Shown here: in pieces, positions 1-15,500 of the stretch | How the letters are laid out: every line of letters starts with the position of its first letter | How positions within the stretch are numbered: the stretch's first letter is position 1 | DNA from: Nemertoderma westbladi | Taxonomy: Eukaryota; Animalia; Xenacoelomorpha | Direction of reading: 5' to 3' | Assembly (NCBI GenBank): GCA_032718475.1 | Contig: JAUCBJ010008315.1 | Location: 1-46,320, forward strand | Length of the DNA: 46,320 nucleotides | Notes under the pieces: generated by a model | The model's database searches: none | Told to the model about the DNA's origin: nothing | Seen by the model: the letters and a program-made list of their open reading frames with translations, nothing else | Translations under genes and position numbers: made by a program

Positions 1-125
1 CATGCTGCACAACGGACTAATATTACATACAGTATAACGGACTAATATTGCATACTGCATAATGGACTAATATTGCATACTGCATAATGGACTAATATTG
101 CATACTGCATAATGGACTAATATTG
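1..125. repeat. 25-bp tandem repeat, 5 copies, may continue beyond the window start
   Basis: Unit catactgcataatggactaatattg; three perfect and two slightly diverged copies. Confidence 0.95.
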
Positions 126-590
126 TGGATACAGCGCCATATACCGTAACAATAAGTAATGCTCATGGCCATTGGAAACTATATAGACATTAACTCGATG
201 TGACTGGATGATCAATGACTTTAGTTTTTTGTTCGTTTTTCATTAAATAATTTGAGATTTTATTTTGATCTCCCGGGCCGGAAAACAACTGCTGTTTGAC
301 CATGAAATCAGCTTTTACATCACCTTAAAAAAAATAAAATAAACAAAAAAAATTTACCTTGACTAAGAAGAATCTAATTTTACATCACCTTGAAACAAAA
401 AAAAACATCCAAAAACAAACAAAAAATTTATTTATTTCGACTAAGAATCTCTTTTCATTGTCTAAGAATGTATTTTCTGTCCATTCATTGTGCCTCTACA
501 TGTGTTGTAGTAGGTCGATCCTGCTAATAAATCGACTTCATTTTTTCTGTCTGAGAAAAGGGTGAGTGTTGTAATCTTTGAACTTTGCTG

Positions 591-3500
591 CCAAACTAAA
601 CCCAATCATCGAATGCTCTCACTATCCAACCCCTCTCTTTATAGTCCAAAGTAAATCCAAACATCGAATACTCCCACTATCCAACCCCTCTCTTTATAGT
701 CCCAAGTAAATCCAAACATCGAATACTCTCCCTATCCAACCCCTTAACCCCTTTCTTTATAGTCCAAACTAAATCCAAACATCGAATACTCTCACTAACC
801 AACCCCTCTCTTTATAGTGCAAACTAAATCCAAACATCGAATACTCTCACTATCCAACCCCTCTCTTTATAGTCCAAACTAAATCCAAACATCGAATACT
901 CTCACTATCCAACCCCTCTCTTTATAGTCCAAACTAAATCCAAACATCGAATGTTATCACTATCCAACCTCTCTCTTTATAGTCCAAAGTAAATCCAAAC
1001 ATCGAATACTCCCACTATCCAACCCCTCTCTTTATAGTCCAAACTAAATCCAAACATCGAATACTCTCACTATCCAACCCCTCTCTTTATAGTCCAAACT
1101 AAATCCAAACATCGAATAATCTCACTATCCAACCCCTCTCTTTATAGTCCAAACTAAATCCAAACATCGAATACTCCCACTATCCAACCCCTCTCTTTAT
1201 AGTCCCAAGTAAATCCAAACATCGAATACTCTCCCTATCCAACCCCTTAACCCCTTTCTTTATAGTCCAAACTAAATCCAAACATCGAATACTCCCACTA
1301 TCCAACCCCTCTCTTTATAGACCCAAGTAAATCCAAACAACGAATACTCTCCCTATCCAACCCCTTAACCCCTTTCTTTATAGTCCAAACTAAATCCAAA
1401 CATGGAATAAATACTCTCACTAACCAACCCCTCTCTTTATAGTCCAAACTAAATCCAAACATCGAATACTCTCACTATCCAACCCCTCTCTTTATAGTCC
1501 AAACTAAATCCAAACATCGAATACTCCCACTATTCAACCCCTCTCTTTATAGTCCCAAGTAAATCCAAACATCGAATACTCTCACTATCCAACCCCTCTC
1601 TTTATAGTCCCAAGTAAATCCAAACATCGAATACTCTCACTATCCAACCCCTCTCTTTATAGTCCAAACTAAATCCAAACATCGAATACTCTCACTATCC
1701 AACCCCTCTCTTTATAGTCCAAAGTAAATCCAAACATCGAATACTCTCACTATCCAACCCCTCTCTTTATAGTCCAAACTAAATCCAAACATCGAATACT
1801 CTCACTATCCAACCCCTCTCTTTATAGTCCAAACTAAATCCAAACATCGAATACTCCCACTATTCAACCCCTCTCTTTATAGTCCCAAGTAAATCCAAAC
1901 ATCGAATACTCTCACTATCCAACCCCTCTCTTTATAGTCCAAACTAAATCAAAACATCGAATACTCTCACTATCCAACCCCTCTCTTTATAGTCCAAACT
2001 AAATCCAAACATCGAATACTCCCACTATTCAACCCCTCTCTTTATAGTCCCAAGTAAATCCAAACATCGAATACTCTCACTATCCAACCCCTCTCTTTAT
2101 AGTCCAAAGTAAATCGAAACATCGAATACTCTCACTATCCAACCCCTCTCTTTATAGTCCAAACTAAATCCAAACATCGAATACTCCCACTATTCAACCC
2201 CTCTCTTTATAGTCCCAAGTAAATCCAAACATCGAATACTCTCACTATCCAACCCCTCTCTTTATAGTCCAAAGTAAATCGAAACATCGAATACTCTCAC
2301 TATCCAACCCCTCTCTTTATAGTCCAAACTAAATCCAAACATCGAATACTCTCACTATCCAACCCCTCTCTTTATAGTCCAAACTAAATCCAAACATCGA
2401 ATACTCCCACTATTCAACCCCTCTCTTTATAGTCCCAAGTAAATCCAAACATCGAATACTCTCACTATCCAACCCCTCTCTTTATAGTCCAAAGTAAATC
2501 CAAACATCGAATACTCTCACTATCCAACCCCTCTCTTTATAGTCCAAACTAAATCCAAACATCGAATACTCTCACTATCCAACCCCTCTCTTTATAGTCC
2601 AAAGTAAATCCAAACATCGAATACTCTCACTATCCAACCCCTCTCTTTATAGTCCAAACTAAATCCAAACATCGAATACTCTCACTATCCAACCCCTCTC
2701 TTTATAGTCCAAACTAAATCCAAACATCGAATACTCCCACTATTCAACCCCTCTCTTTATAGTCCCAAGTAAATCCAAACATCGAATACTCTCACTATCC
2801 AACCCCTCTCTTTATAGTCCAAAGTAAATCGAAACATCGAATACTCTCACTACCCAACCCCTCTCTTTATAGTCCAAACTAAATCCAAACATCGAATACT
2901 CTCACTATCCAACCCCTCTCTTTATAGTCCAAACTAAATCCAAACATCGAATACTCTCACTATCCAACCCCTCTGTTTATAGTCCAAACTAAATCCAAAA
3001 AATCGAATACTCTTACTATCCAACCCCTATCTTTATTGTCCAAACTAAATCCAAACATCGAATAATCTCACTATCCAACCCCTCTCTTTATAGTGCAAAC
3101 TAAATCCAAACATCGAATACTCTCACTAATCAACCCCTCTCTTTATAGTCCAAAGTAAATCCAAACATCGAATACTCCCACTATCCAACCCCTCTCTTTA
3201 TAGTGCAAACTAAATCCAAACATCGAATACTCTCACTATCCAACCCCTCTCTTTATAGTGCAAACTAAATCCAAAAATCGAATACTCTCACTATCCAACC
3301 CCTCTCTTTATAGTCCAAAGTAAATCCAAACATCAAATACTCTCACTAACCAACCCCTCTCTTTATAGTGCAAACTAAATCCAAACATCGAATGCTCTCA
3401 CTATCCAACCCCTCTCTTTATAGTCCAAAGTAAATCCAAACATCGAATACTCCCACTATCCAACCCCTCTCTTTATAGTCCCAAGTAAATCCAAACATCG

Positions 3501-6500
3501 AATACTCTCCCTATCCAACCCCTTAACCCCTTTCTTTATAGTCCAAACTAAATCCAAACATCGAATACTCTCACTAACCAACCCCTCTCTTTATAGTGCA
3601 AACTAAATCCAAACATCGAATACTCTCACTATCCAACCCCTCTCTTTATAGTCCAAACTAAATCCAAACATCGAATACTCTCACTATCCAACCCCTCTCT
3701 TTATAGTCCAAACTAAATCCAAACATCGAATGTTATCACTATCCAACCTCTCTCTTTATAGTCCAAAGTAAATCCAAACATCGAATACTCCCACTATCCA
3801 ACCCCTCTCTTTATAGTCCAAACTAAATCCAAACATCGAATACTCTCACTATCCAACCCCTCTCTTTATAGTCCAAACTAAATCCAAACATCGAATAATC
3901 TCACTATCCAACCCCTCTCTTTATAGTCCAAACTAAATCCAAACATCGAATACTCCCACTATCCAACCCCTCTCTTTATAGTCCCAAGTAAATCCAAACA
4001 TCGAATACTCTCCCTATCCAACCCCTTAACCCCTTTCTTTATAGTCCAAACTAAATCCAAACATCGAATACTCCCACTATCCAACCCCTCTCTTTATAGT
4101 CCCAAGTAAATCCAAACAACGAATACTCTCCCTATCCAACCCCTTAACCCCTTTCTTTATAGTCCAAACTAAATCCAAACATGGAATACTCTCACTAACC
4201 AACCCCTCTCTTTATAGTCCAAACTAAATCCAAACATCGAATACTCTCACTATCCAACCCCTCTCTTTATAGTCCAAACTAAATCCAAACATCGAATACT
4301 CCCACTATTCAACCCCTCTCTTTATAGTCCCAAGTAAATCCAAACATCGAATACTCTCACTATCCAACCCCTCTCTTTATAGTCCAAACTAAATCCAAAC
4401 ATCGAATACTCTCACTATCCAACCCCTCTCTTTATAGTCCAAAGTAAATCCAAACATCGAATACTCTCACTATCCAACCCCTATCTTTATAGTCCAAACT
4501 AAATCCAAACATCGAATACTCTCACTATCCAACCCCTCTCTTTATAGTCCAAAGTAAATCGAAACATCGAATACTCTCACTAACCAACCCCTCTCTTTAT
4601 AGTCCAAACTAAATCCAAACATCGAATACTCTCACTATCCAACCCCTCTGTTTATAGTCCAAACTAAATCCAAAAAATCGAATACTCTTACTATCCAACC
4701 CCTATCTTTATTGTCCAAACTAAATCCAAACATCGAATAATCTCACTATCCAACCCCTCTCTTTATAATGCAAACTAAATCCAAACATCGAATACTCTCA
4801 CTAATCAACCCCTCTCTTTATAGTCCAAAGTAAATCCAAACATCGAATACTCCCACTATCCAACCCCTCTCTTTATAGTGCAAACTAAATCCAAACATCG
4901 AATACTCTCACTATCCAACCCCTCTCTTTATAGTGCAAACTAAATCCAAAAATCGAATACTCTCACTATCCAACCCCTCTCTTTATAGTCCAAAGTAAAT
5001 CCAAACATCAAATACTCTCACTAACCAACCCCTCTCTTTATAGTGCAAACTAAATCCAAACATCGAATACTCTCACTAACCAACCCCTCTCTTTATAGTC
5101 CAAAGTAAATCCAAACATCGAATACTCCCACTATCCAACCCCTCTCTTTATAGTGCAAACTAAATCCAAAAATCGAATACTCTCACTATCCAACCCCTCT
5201 CTTTATAGTCCAAAGTAAATCCAAACATCAAATACTCTCACTAACCAACCCCTCTCTTTATAGTGCAAACTAAATCCAAACATCGAATACTCTCACTAAC
5301 CAACCCCTCTCTTTATAGTCCAAAGTAAATCCAAACATCGAATACTCCCACTATCCAACCCCTCTCTTTATAGTGCAAACTAAATCCAAACATCGAATAA
5401 TCTCACTATCCAACCCCTCTCTTTATAGTCCAAACTAAATCCAAACATCGAATACTCTCACTATCCAACCCCTCTCTTTATAGTCCAAACTAAATCCAAA
5501 CATCAAATACTCTCACTATCCAACCCCTCTCTTTATAGTGCAAACTAAATCCAAACATCGAATACTCTCACTAACCAACCCCTCTCTTTATAGTGCAAAC
5601 TAAATCCAAACATCGAATACTCTCACTAACCAACCCCTCTCTTTATAGTCCAAAGTAAATCCAAACATCGAATACTCCCACTATCCAACCCCTCTCTTTA
5701 TAGTGCAAACTAAATCCAAACATCGAATACTCTCACTAACCAACCCCTCTCTTTATAGTGCAAACTAAATCCAAACATCGAATACTCTCACTAACCAACC
5801 CCTCTCTTTATAGTCCAAAGTAAATCCAAACATCGAATACTCCCACTATCCAACCCCTCTCTTTATAGTGCAAACTAAATCCAAACATCGAATACTCTCA
5901 CTATCCAACCCCTCTCTTTATAGTCCAAACTAAATCCAAACATCGAATACTCTCACTATCCAACCCCTCTCTTTATAGTCCAAAGTAAATCCAAACATCG
6001 AATACTCTCACTATCCAACCCCTCTCTTTATAGTGCAAACTAAATCCAAACATCGAATACTCTCACTATCCAACCCCTCTCTTTATAGTCCAAACTAAAT
6101 CCAAACATCGAATACTCTCACTAACCAACCCCTCTCTTTATAGTCCAAAGTAAATCCAAACATCGAATACTCCCACTATCCAACCCCTCTCTTTATAGTC
6201 CAAACTAAATCCAAACATCGAATACTCTCACTAACCAACCCCTTATAGTCCAAACTAAATCCAAACATCGAATACTCTCACTATCCAACCCCTCTCTTTA
6301 TAGTCCAAACTAAATCCAAACATCGAATACTCTCACTAACCAACCCCTTATAGTCCAAACTAAATCCAAACATCGAATACTCTCACTAACCAACCCCTTA
6401 TAGTCCAAACTAAATCCAAACATCGAATACTCTCACTATCCAACCCCTCTCTTTATAGTCCAAACTAAATCCAAACATCGAATACTCTCACTAACCAACC

Positions 6501-9500
6501 CCTTATAGTCCAAAGTAAATCCAAACATCGAATACTCCCACTATCCAACCCCTCTCTTTATAGTCCAAACTAAATCCAAACATCGAATACTCTCACTAAC
6601 CAACCCCTTATAGTCCAAACTAAATCCAAACATCGAATACTCTCACTATCCAACCCCTATCTTTATAGTCCAAACTAAATCCAAACATCGAATACTCTCA
6701 CTATCCAACCCCTCTCTTTATAGTCCAAACTAAATCCAAACATCGAATACTCTCACTAACCAACCCCTTATAGTCCAAACTAAATCCAAACATCGAATAC
6801 TCTCACTATCCAACCCCTCTCTTTATAGTCCAAACTAAATCCAAACATCGAATACTCTCACTATCCAACCCCTCTCTTTATAGTGCAAACTAAATCCAAA
6901 CATCGAATACTCTCACTATCCAACCCCTCTCTTTATAGTGCAAACTAAATCCAAACATCGAATACTCTCACTATCCAACCCCTCTCTTTATAGTGCAAAC
7001 TAAATCCAAACATCGAATACTCTCACTATCCAACCCCTATCTTTATAGTCCAAACTAAATCCAAACATCGAATACTCTCACTATCTAACCCCTCTCTTTA
7101 TAGTCCAAACTAAATCCAAACATCGAATACTCTCACTAACCAACCCCTCTACTTATAGTCCAAACTAAATCCAAACATCGAATACTCTCACTAACCAACC
7201 CCTCTCTTTATAGTCGAAAGTAAATCCAAACATCGAATACTCCCACTATCCAACCCCTCTCTTTATAGTGCAAACTAAATCCAAACATCGAATACTCTCA
7301 CTATCCAACCCCTATCTTTATAGTCCAAACTAAATCCAAACATCGAATACTCTCACTATCTAACCCCTCTCTTTATAGTCCAAACTAAATCCAAACATCG
7401 AATACTCTCACTAACCAACCCCTCTCTTTATAGTCCAAAGTAAATCCAAACATCGAATACTCCCACTATCCAACCCCTCTCTTTATAGTGCAAACTAAAT
7501 CCAAACATCGAATACTCTCACTATCCAACCCCTATCTTTATAGTCCAAACTAAATCCAAACATCGAATACTCTCACTATCTAACCCCTCTCTTTATAGTC
7601 CAAACTAAATCCAAACATAGAATACTCTCACTATCCAACCCCTCTCTTTATAGTCCAAACTAAATCCAAACATCGAATACTCCCACTATCCAACCCCTCT
7701 CTTTATAGTCCAAACTAAATCCAAACATCGAATACTCTCACTATCTAACCCCTCTCTTTATAGTCCAAACTAAATCCAAACATCGAATACTCTCACTATC
7801 CAACCCCTCTCTTTATAGTCCAAACTAAATCCAAACATCGAATACTCTCACTATCTAACCCCTCTCTTTATAGTCCAAACTAAATCCAAACATCGAATAC
7901 TCTCACTATCCAACCCCTCTCTTTATAGTCCAAACTAAATCCAAACATCGAATACTCCCACTATCCAACCCCTCTCTTTATAGTCCAAACTAAATCCAAA
8001 CATCGAATACTCTCACTATCTAACCCCTCTCTTTATAGTCCAAACTAAATCCAAACATAGAATACTCTCACTATCCAACCCCTCTCTTTATAGTCCAAAC
8101 TAAATCCAAACATCGAATACTCCCACTATCCAACCCCTCTCTTTATAGTCCAAACTAAATCCAAACATCGAATACTCTCACTATCCAACCCCTCTCTTTA
8201 TAGTCCAAACTAAATCCAAACATCAAATACTCTCACTATCCAACCCCTCTCTTTATTGTCCAAACTAAATCCAAACATCGAATACTCTCACTACCCAACC
8301 CCTCTCTTTATAGTCCAAACTAAATCCAAACATCGAATACTCTCACTAACCAACCCCTCTCTTTATAGTCCAAACTAAATCCAAACATCAAATACTCTCA
8401 CTATCCAACCCCTCTCTTTATAGTCCAAACTAAATCCAAACATCGAATACTCTCACTATCCAACCCCTCTCTTTATAGTCCAAAGTAAATCCAAACATCG
8501 AATACTCTCACTATCCAACCCCTCTCTTTATAGTCCAAACTAAATCCAAACATCGAATACTCTCACTATCCAACCCCTCTCTTTATAGTCCAAACTAAAT
8601 CCAAACATCGAATACTCTCACTAACCAACCCCTTATAGTCCAAACTAAATCCAAACATCGAATACTCTCACTATCCAACCCCTCTCTTTATAGTCCAAAC
8701 TAAATCCAAACATCGAATACTCTCACTATCCAACCCCTCTCTTTATAGTCCAAACTAAATCCAAACATCGAATACTCTCACTATCCAACCCCTCTCTTTA
8801 TAGTCCAAACTAAATCCAAACATCGAATACTCTCACTATCCAACCCCTCTCTTTATAGTCCAAACTAAATCCAAACATCGAATACTCTCACTAACCAACC
8901 CCTTATAGTCCAAACTAAATCCAAACATCGAATACTCTCACTATCCAACCCCTCTCTTTATAGTCCAAAGTAAATCCAAACATCGAATACTCTCACTATC
9001 CAACCCCTCTCTTTATAGTCCAAACTAAATCCAAACATCGAATACTCTCACTATCCAACCCCTCTCTTTATAGTCCAAACTAAATCCAAACATCGAATAC
9101 TCTCACTAACCAACCCCTTATAGTCCAAACTAAATCCAAACATCGAATACTCTCACTATCCAACCCCTCTCTTTATTGTCCAAACTAAATCCAAACATCG
9201 AATACTCTCACTACCCAACCCCTCTCTTTATAGTCCAAACTAAATCCAAACATCGAATACTCTCACTACCCAACCCCTCTCTTTATAGTCCAAACTAAAT
9301 CCAAACATCGAATACTCTCACTATCCAACCCCTCTCTTTATAGTCCAAACTAAATCCAAACATCGAATACTCTCACTAACCAACCCCTTATAGTCCAAAC
9401 TAAATCCAAACATCGAATACTCTCACTATCCAACCCCTCTCTTTATTGTCCAAACTAAATCCAAACATCGAATACTCTCACTACCCAACCCCTCTCTTTA

Positions 9501-12500
9501 TAGTCCAAACTAAATCCAAACATCGAATACTCTCACTATCCAACCCCTCTCTTTATTGTCCAAACTAAATCCAAACATCGAATACTCTCACTACCCAACC
9601 CCTCTCTTTATAGTCCAAACTAAATCCAAACATCGAATACTCTCACTATCCAACCCCTCTCTTTATAGTCCAAAGTAAATCCAAACATCGAATACTCTCA
9701 CTATCCAACCCCTCTCTTTATAGTCCAAACTAAATCCAAACATCGAATACTCTCACTACCCAACCCCTCTCTTTATAGTCCAAACTAAATCCAAACATCG
9801 AATACTCTCACTATCCAACCCCTCTCTTTATAGTCCAAAGTAAATCCAAACATCGAATACTCTCACTATCCAACCCCTCTCTTTATAGTCCAAACTAAAT
9901 CCAAACATCGAATACTCTCACTATCCAACCCCTCTCTTTATAGTCCAAACTAAATCCAAACATCGAATACTCTCACTATCCAACCCCTCTCTTTATAGTC
10001 CAAACTAAATCCAAACATCGAATACTCTCACTATCCAACCCCTATCTTTATTGTCCAAACTAAATCCAAACATCGAATAATCTCACTATCCAACCCCTCT
10101 GTTTATAGTCCAAACTAAATCCAAAAAATCGAATACTCTCACTATCCAACCCCTCTCTTTATAGTCCACACTAAATCCAAACATCGAATAATCTCACTAT
10201 CCAACCCCTATCTTTATAGTCCAAACTAAATCCAAACATCGAATAATCTCACTATCCAACCCCTCTCTTTATAGTCCAAACTAAATCCAAACATCGAATA
10301 CTCTCACTATCCAACCCCTATCTTTATTGTCCAAACTAAATCCAAACATCGAATAGTCTCACTATCCAACCCCTCTCTTTATAGTGCAAACTAAATCCAA
10401 ACATCGAATACTCTCACTATCCAACCCCTATCTTTATAGTCCAAACTAAATCCAAACATCGAATAGTCTCACTATCCAACCCCTCTCTTTATAGTCCAAA
10501 CTAAATCCAAACATCGAATACTCTCACTATCCAACCCCTCTCTTTATAGTCCAAAGTAAATCCAAACATCGAATAGTCTCACTATCCAACCCCTCTCTTT
10601 ATAGTCCAAACTAAATCCAAACATCGAATACTCTCACTATCCAACCCCTCTCTTTATAGTCCAAACTAAATCCAAACATCGAATACTCCCACTATCCAAC
10701 CCCTCTCTTTATAGTCCCAAGTAAATCCAAACATCGAATACTCTCACTATCCAACCCCTCTCTTTATAGTCCAAACTAAATCCAAACATCGAATACTCTC
10801 ACTATCCAACCCCTCTCTTTATAGTCCAAACTAAATCCAAACATCGAATACTCTCACTATCCAACCCCTCTCTTTATAGTCCAAACTAAATCCAAACATC
10901 GAATAATCTCACTATCCAACCCCTATCTTTATAGTCCAAACTAAATCCAAAAAATCGAATACTCTCACTATCCAACCCCTCTCTTTATAGTCCAAACTAA
11001 ATCCAAACATCGAATACTCTCACTATCCAACCCCTCTCGTAATTGTCCAAACTAAATCCAAACATCGAATACTCTCACTATCCAACCCCTCTTTTTATAG
11101 TCCAAACTAAATCCAAACATCGAATAATCTCACTATCCAACCCCTATCTTTATAGTCCAAACTAAATCCAAAAAATCGAATACTCTCACTATCCAACCCC
11201 TCTCTTTATAGTCCAAACTAAATCCAAACATCGAATACTCTCACTATCCAACCCCTCTCTTTATTGTCCACACTAAATCCAAACATCGAATAATCTCACT
11301 ATCCAACCCCTATCTTTATAGTCCAAACTAAATCCAAACATCGAATAATCTCACTATCCAACCCCTCTCTTTATAGTCCAAACTAAATCCAAACATCGAA
11401 TACTCTCACTATCCAACCCCTATCTTTATTGTCCAAACTAAATCCAAACATCGAATAATCTCACTATCCAACCCCTCTCTTTATAGTCCAAACTAAATCC
11501 AAACATCGAATACTCTCACTATCCAACCCCTCTCTTTATAGTCCAAACTAAATCCAAACATCGAATACTCTCACTATCCAACCCCTCTCTTTATAGTCTA
11601 AACTAAATCCAAACATCGAATACTCTCACTATCCAACCCCTCTCTTTATAGTGCAAACTAAATCCAAACATCGAATAGTCTCACTATCCAACCCCTCTCT
11701 TTATAGTGCAAACTAAATCCAAACATCGAATACTCTCACTATCCAACCCCTCTCTTTATAGTCTAAACTAAATCCAAACATCGAATACTCTCACTATCCA
11801 ACCCCTCTCTTTATAGTCCAAACTAAATCCAAACATCGAATACTCTCACTATCCAACCCCTCTCTTTATAGTCCAAAGTAAATCCAAACATCGAATAGTC
11901 TCACTATCCAACCCCTCTCTTTATAGTCCAAACTAAATCCAAACATCGAATACTCTCACTATCCAACCCCTCTCTTTATAGTCTAAACTAAATCCAAACA
12001 TCGAATACTCTCACTAACCAACCCCTCTCTTTATAGTCCAAACTAAATCCAAACATCGAATACTCCCACTATCCAACCCCTCTCTTTATAGTCCCAAGTA
12101 AATCCAAACATCGAATACTCTCACTATCCAACCCCTCTCTTTATAGTCCAAACTAAATCCAAACATCGAATACTCTCACTATCCAACCCCTCTCTTTATA
12201 GTCCAAACTAAATCCAAACATCGAATACTCTCACTATCCAACCCCTCTCTTTATAGTCCAAACTAAATCCAAACATCGAATACTCTCACTATCCAACCCC
12301 TCTCTTTATAGTCCAAACTAAATCCAAACATCGAATAATCTCACTATCCAACCCCTATCTTTATAGTCCAAACTAAATCCAAACATTGATACTCTCACTA
12401 TCCAACCCCTCTCTTTATAGTCCAAACTAAATCCAAAAAATCGAATACTCTTACTATCCAACCCCTCTCTTTATAGTCCAAACTAAATCCAAACATCGAA

Positions 12501-15500
12501 TACTCTCACTATCCAACCCCTCTCTTTATAGTCCAAACTAAATCCAAACATCGAATAATCTCACTATCCAACCTCTATCTTTATAGTCCAAACTAAATCC
12601 AAACATTGATACTCTCACTATCCAACCCCTCTCTTTATAGTCCAAACTAAATCCAAACATCGAATACTCTCACTATCCAACCCCTCTCTTTATAGTCCAA
12701 ACTAAATCCAAACATCGAATAATCTCACTATCCAACCTCTATCTTTATAGTCCAAACTAAATCCAAACATTGATACTCTCACTATCCAACCCCTCTCTTT
12801 ATAGTCCAAACTAAATCCAAACATCGAATACTCTCACTATCCAACCCCTCTCTTTATAGTCCAAACTAAATCCAAACATCGAATACTCTCACTATCCAAC
12901 CCCTCTCTTTATAGTGCAAACTAAATCCAAACATCGAATACTCTCACTATCCAACCCCTCTCTTTATAGTCCAAACTAAATCCAAACATGGAATACTCTC
13001 ACTAACCAACCCCTCTCTTTATTGTCCAAACTAAATCCAAACATCGAATAATCTCACTATCCAACCCCTCTCTTTATAGTCCACACTAAATCCAAACATC
13101 GAATACTCTCACTATCCAACCCCTCTCTTTATAGTCCACACTAAATCCAAACATCGAATACTCTCACTATCCAACCCCTATCTTTATAGTCCAAACTAAA
13201 TCCAAACATCGAATAATCTCACTATCCAACCCCTCTCTTTATAGTCCAAACTAAATCCAAACATCGAATACTCTCACTATCCAACCCCTCACTTTATAGT
13301 CCAAACTAAATCCAAACATCGAATAGTCTCACTATCCAACCCCTCTCTTTATAGTCCAAACTAAATCCAAACATCGAATACTCTCACTATTCAACCCCTC
13401 TCTTTATAGTCCACACTAAATCCAAACATCGAATACTCTCACTATCCAACCCCTCTCTTTATAGTCCAAACTAAATCCAAACATCGAATAGTCTCACTAT
13501 CCAACCCCTCTCTTTATAGTCCAAACTAAATCCAAACATCGAATACTCTCACTATTCAACCCCTCTCTTTATAGTCCACACTAAATCCAAACATCGAATA
13601 CTCTCACTATCCAACCCCTCTCTTTATAGTCCAAACTAAATCCAAACATCGAATACTCTCACTATTCAACCCCTCTCTTTATAGTCCACACTAAATCCAA
13701 ACATCGAATACTCTCACTATCCAACCCCTCTCTTTATAGTCCAAACTAAATCCAAACATCGAATACTCTCACTAACCAACCCCTCTCTTTATAGTCCAAA
13801 CTAAATCCAAACATCGAATACTCTCACTAACCAACCCCTCTCTTTATAGTCCACACTAAATCCAAACATCGAATACTCTCACTATCCAACCCCTCTCTTT
13901 ATAGTCCAAACTAAATCCAAACATCGAATAGTCTCACTATCCAACCCCTCTCTTTATAGTCCAAACTAAATCCAAACATCGAATACTCTCACTATCCAAC
14001 CCCTCTCTTTATAGTCCAAAGTAAATCCAAACATCGAATGCTCGCACTAACCAACCCCTCTCTTTATAGTCCACACTAAATCCAAACATCGAATACTCTC
14101 ACTATCCAACCCCTCTCTTTATAGTCCAAAGTAAATCCAAACATCGAATGCTCGCACTAACCAACCCCTCTCTTTATAGTCCCACGTAAATCCAAACATC
14201 GAATACTCTCACTATCCAACCCCTCTCTTTATAGTCCAAACTAAATCCAAACATCGAATACTCTCACTATCCAACCCCTCTCTTTATAGTCCAAACTAAA
14301 TCCAAACATCGAATACTCTCACTATCCAACCCCTCTCTTTATAGTCCAAAGTAAATCCAAACATCGAATGCTCGCACTAACCAACCCCTCTCTTTATAGT
14401 CCCACGTAAATCCAAACATCGAATACTCTCACTATCCAACCCCTCTCTTTATAGTCCAAACTAAATCCAAACATCGAATACTCTCACTATCCAACCCCTC
14501 TCTTTATAGTCCAAACTAAATCCAAACATCGAATACTCTCACTATCCAACCCCTATCTTTATTGTCCAAACTAAATCCAAACATCGAATACTCTCACTAT
14601 CCAACCCCTATCTTTATTGTCCAAACTAAATCCAAACATCGAATAATCTCACTATCCAACCCCTCTCTTTATAGTCCAAACTAAATCCAAACATCGAATA
14701 CTCTCACTATCCAACCCCTCTCTTTATAGTCCAAACTAAATCCAAACATCGAATACTCTCACTAACCAACCCCTCTCTTTATAGTCCAAACTAAATCCAA
14801 ACATCGAATACTCCCACTATCCAACCCCTCTCTTTATAGTCCAAACTAAATCCAAACATCGAATACTCTCACTAACCAACCCCTCTCTTTATAGTGCAAA
14901 CTAAATCCAAACATCGAATACTCTCACTATCCAACCCCTCTCTTTATAGTCCAAACTAAATCCAAACATCGAATACTCTCACTATCCAACCCCTCTCTTT
15001 ATAGTCCAAACTAAATCCAAACATCGAATACTCTCACTATCCAACCCCTCTCTTTATAGTGCAAACTAAATCGAAACATCGAATACTCTCACTATCCAAC
15101 CCCTCTCTTTATAGTGCAAACTAAATCCAAACATCGAATACTCTCACTAACCAATCCCTCTCTTTATAGTCCCAAGTAAATCCAAACATCGAATACTCTC
15201 ACTATCTACTATCTCACTATCCAACCCCTCTCTTTATAGTCCAAACTAAATCCAAACATCGAATACTCTCACTATCCAACCCCTCTCTTTATAGTCCAAA
15301 CTAAATCCAAACATCGAATACTCTCACTATCCAACCCCTCTCTTTATAGTGCAAACTAAATCCAAACATCGAATACTCTCACTATCCAACCCCTCTCTTT
15401 ATAGTCCAAACTAAATCCAAACATCGAATACTCTCACTATCCAACCCCTCTCTTTATAGTCCAAACTAAATCCAAACATCGAATACTCTCACTATCCAAC

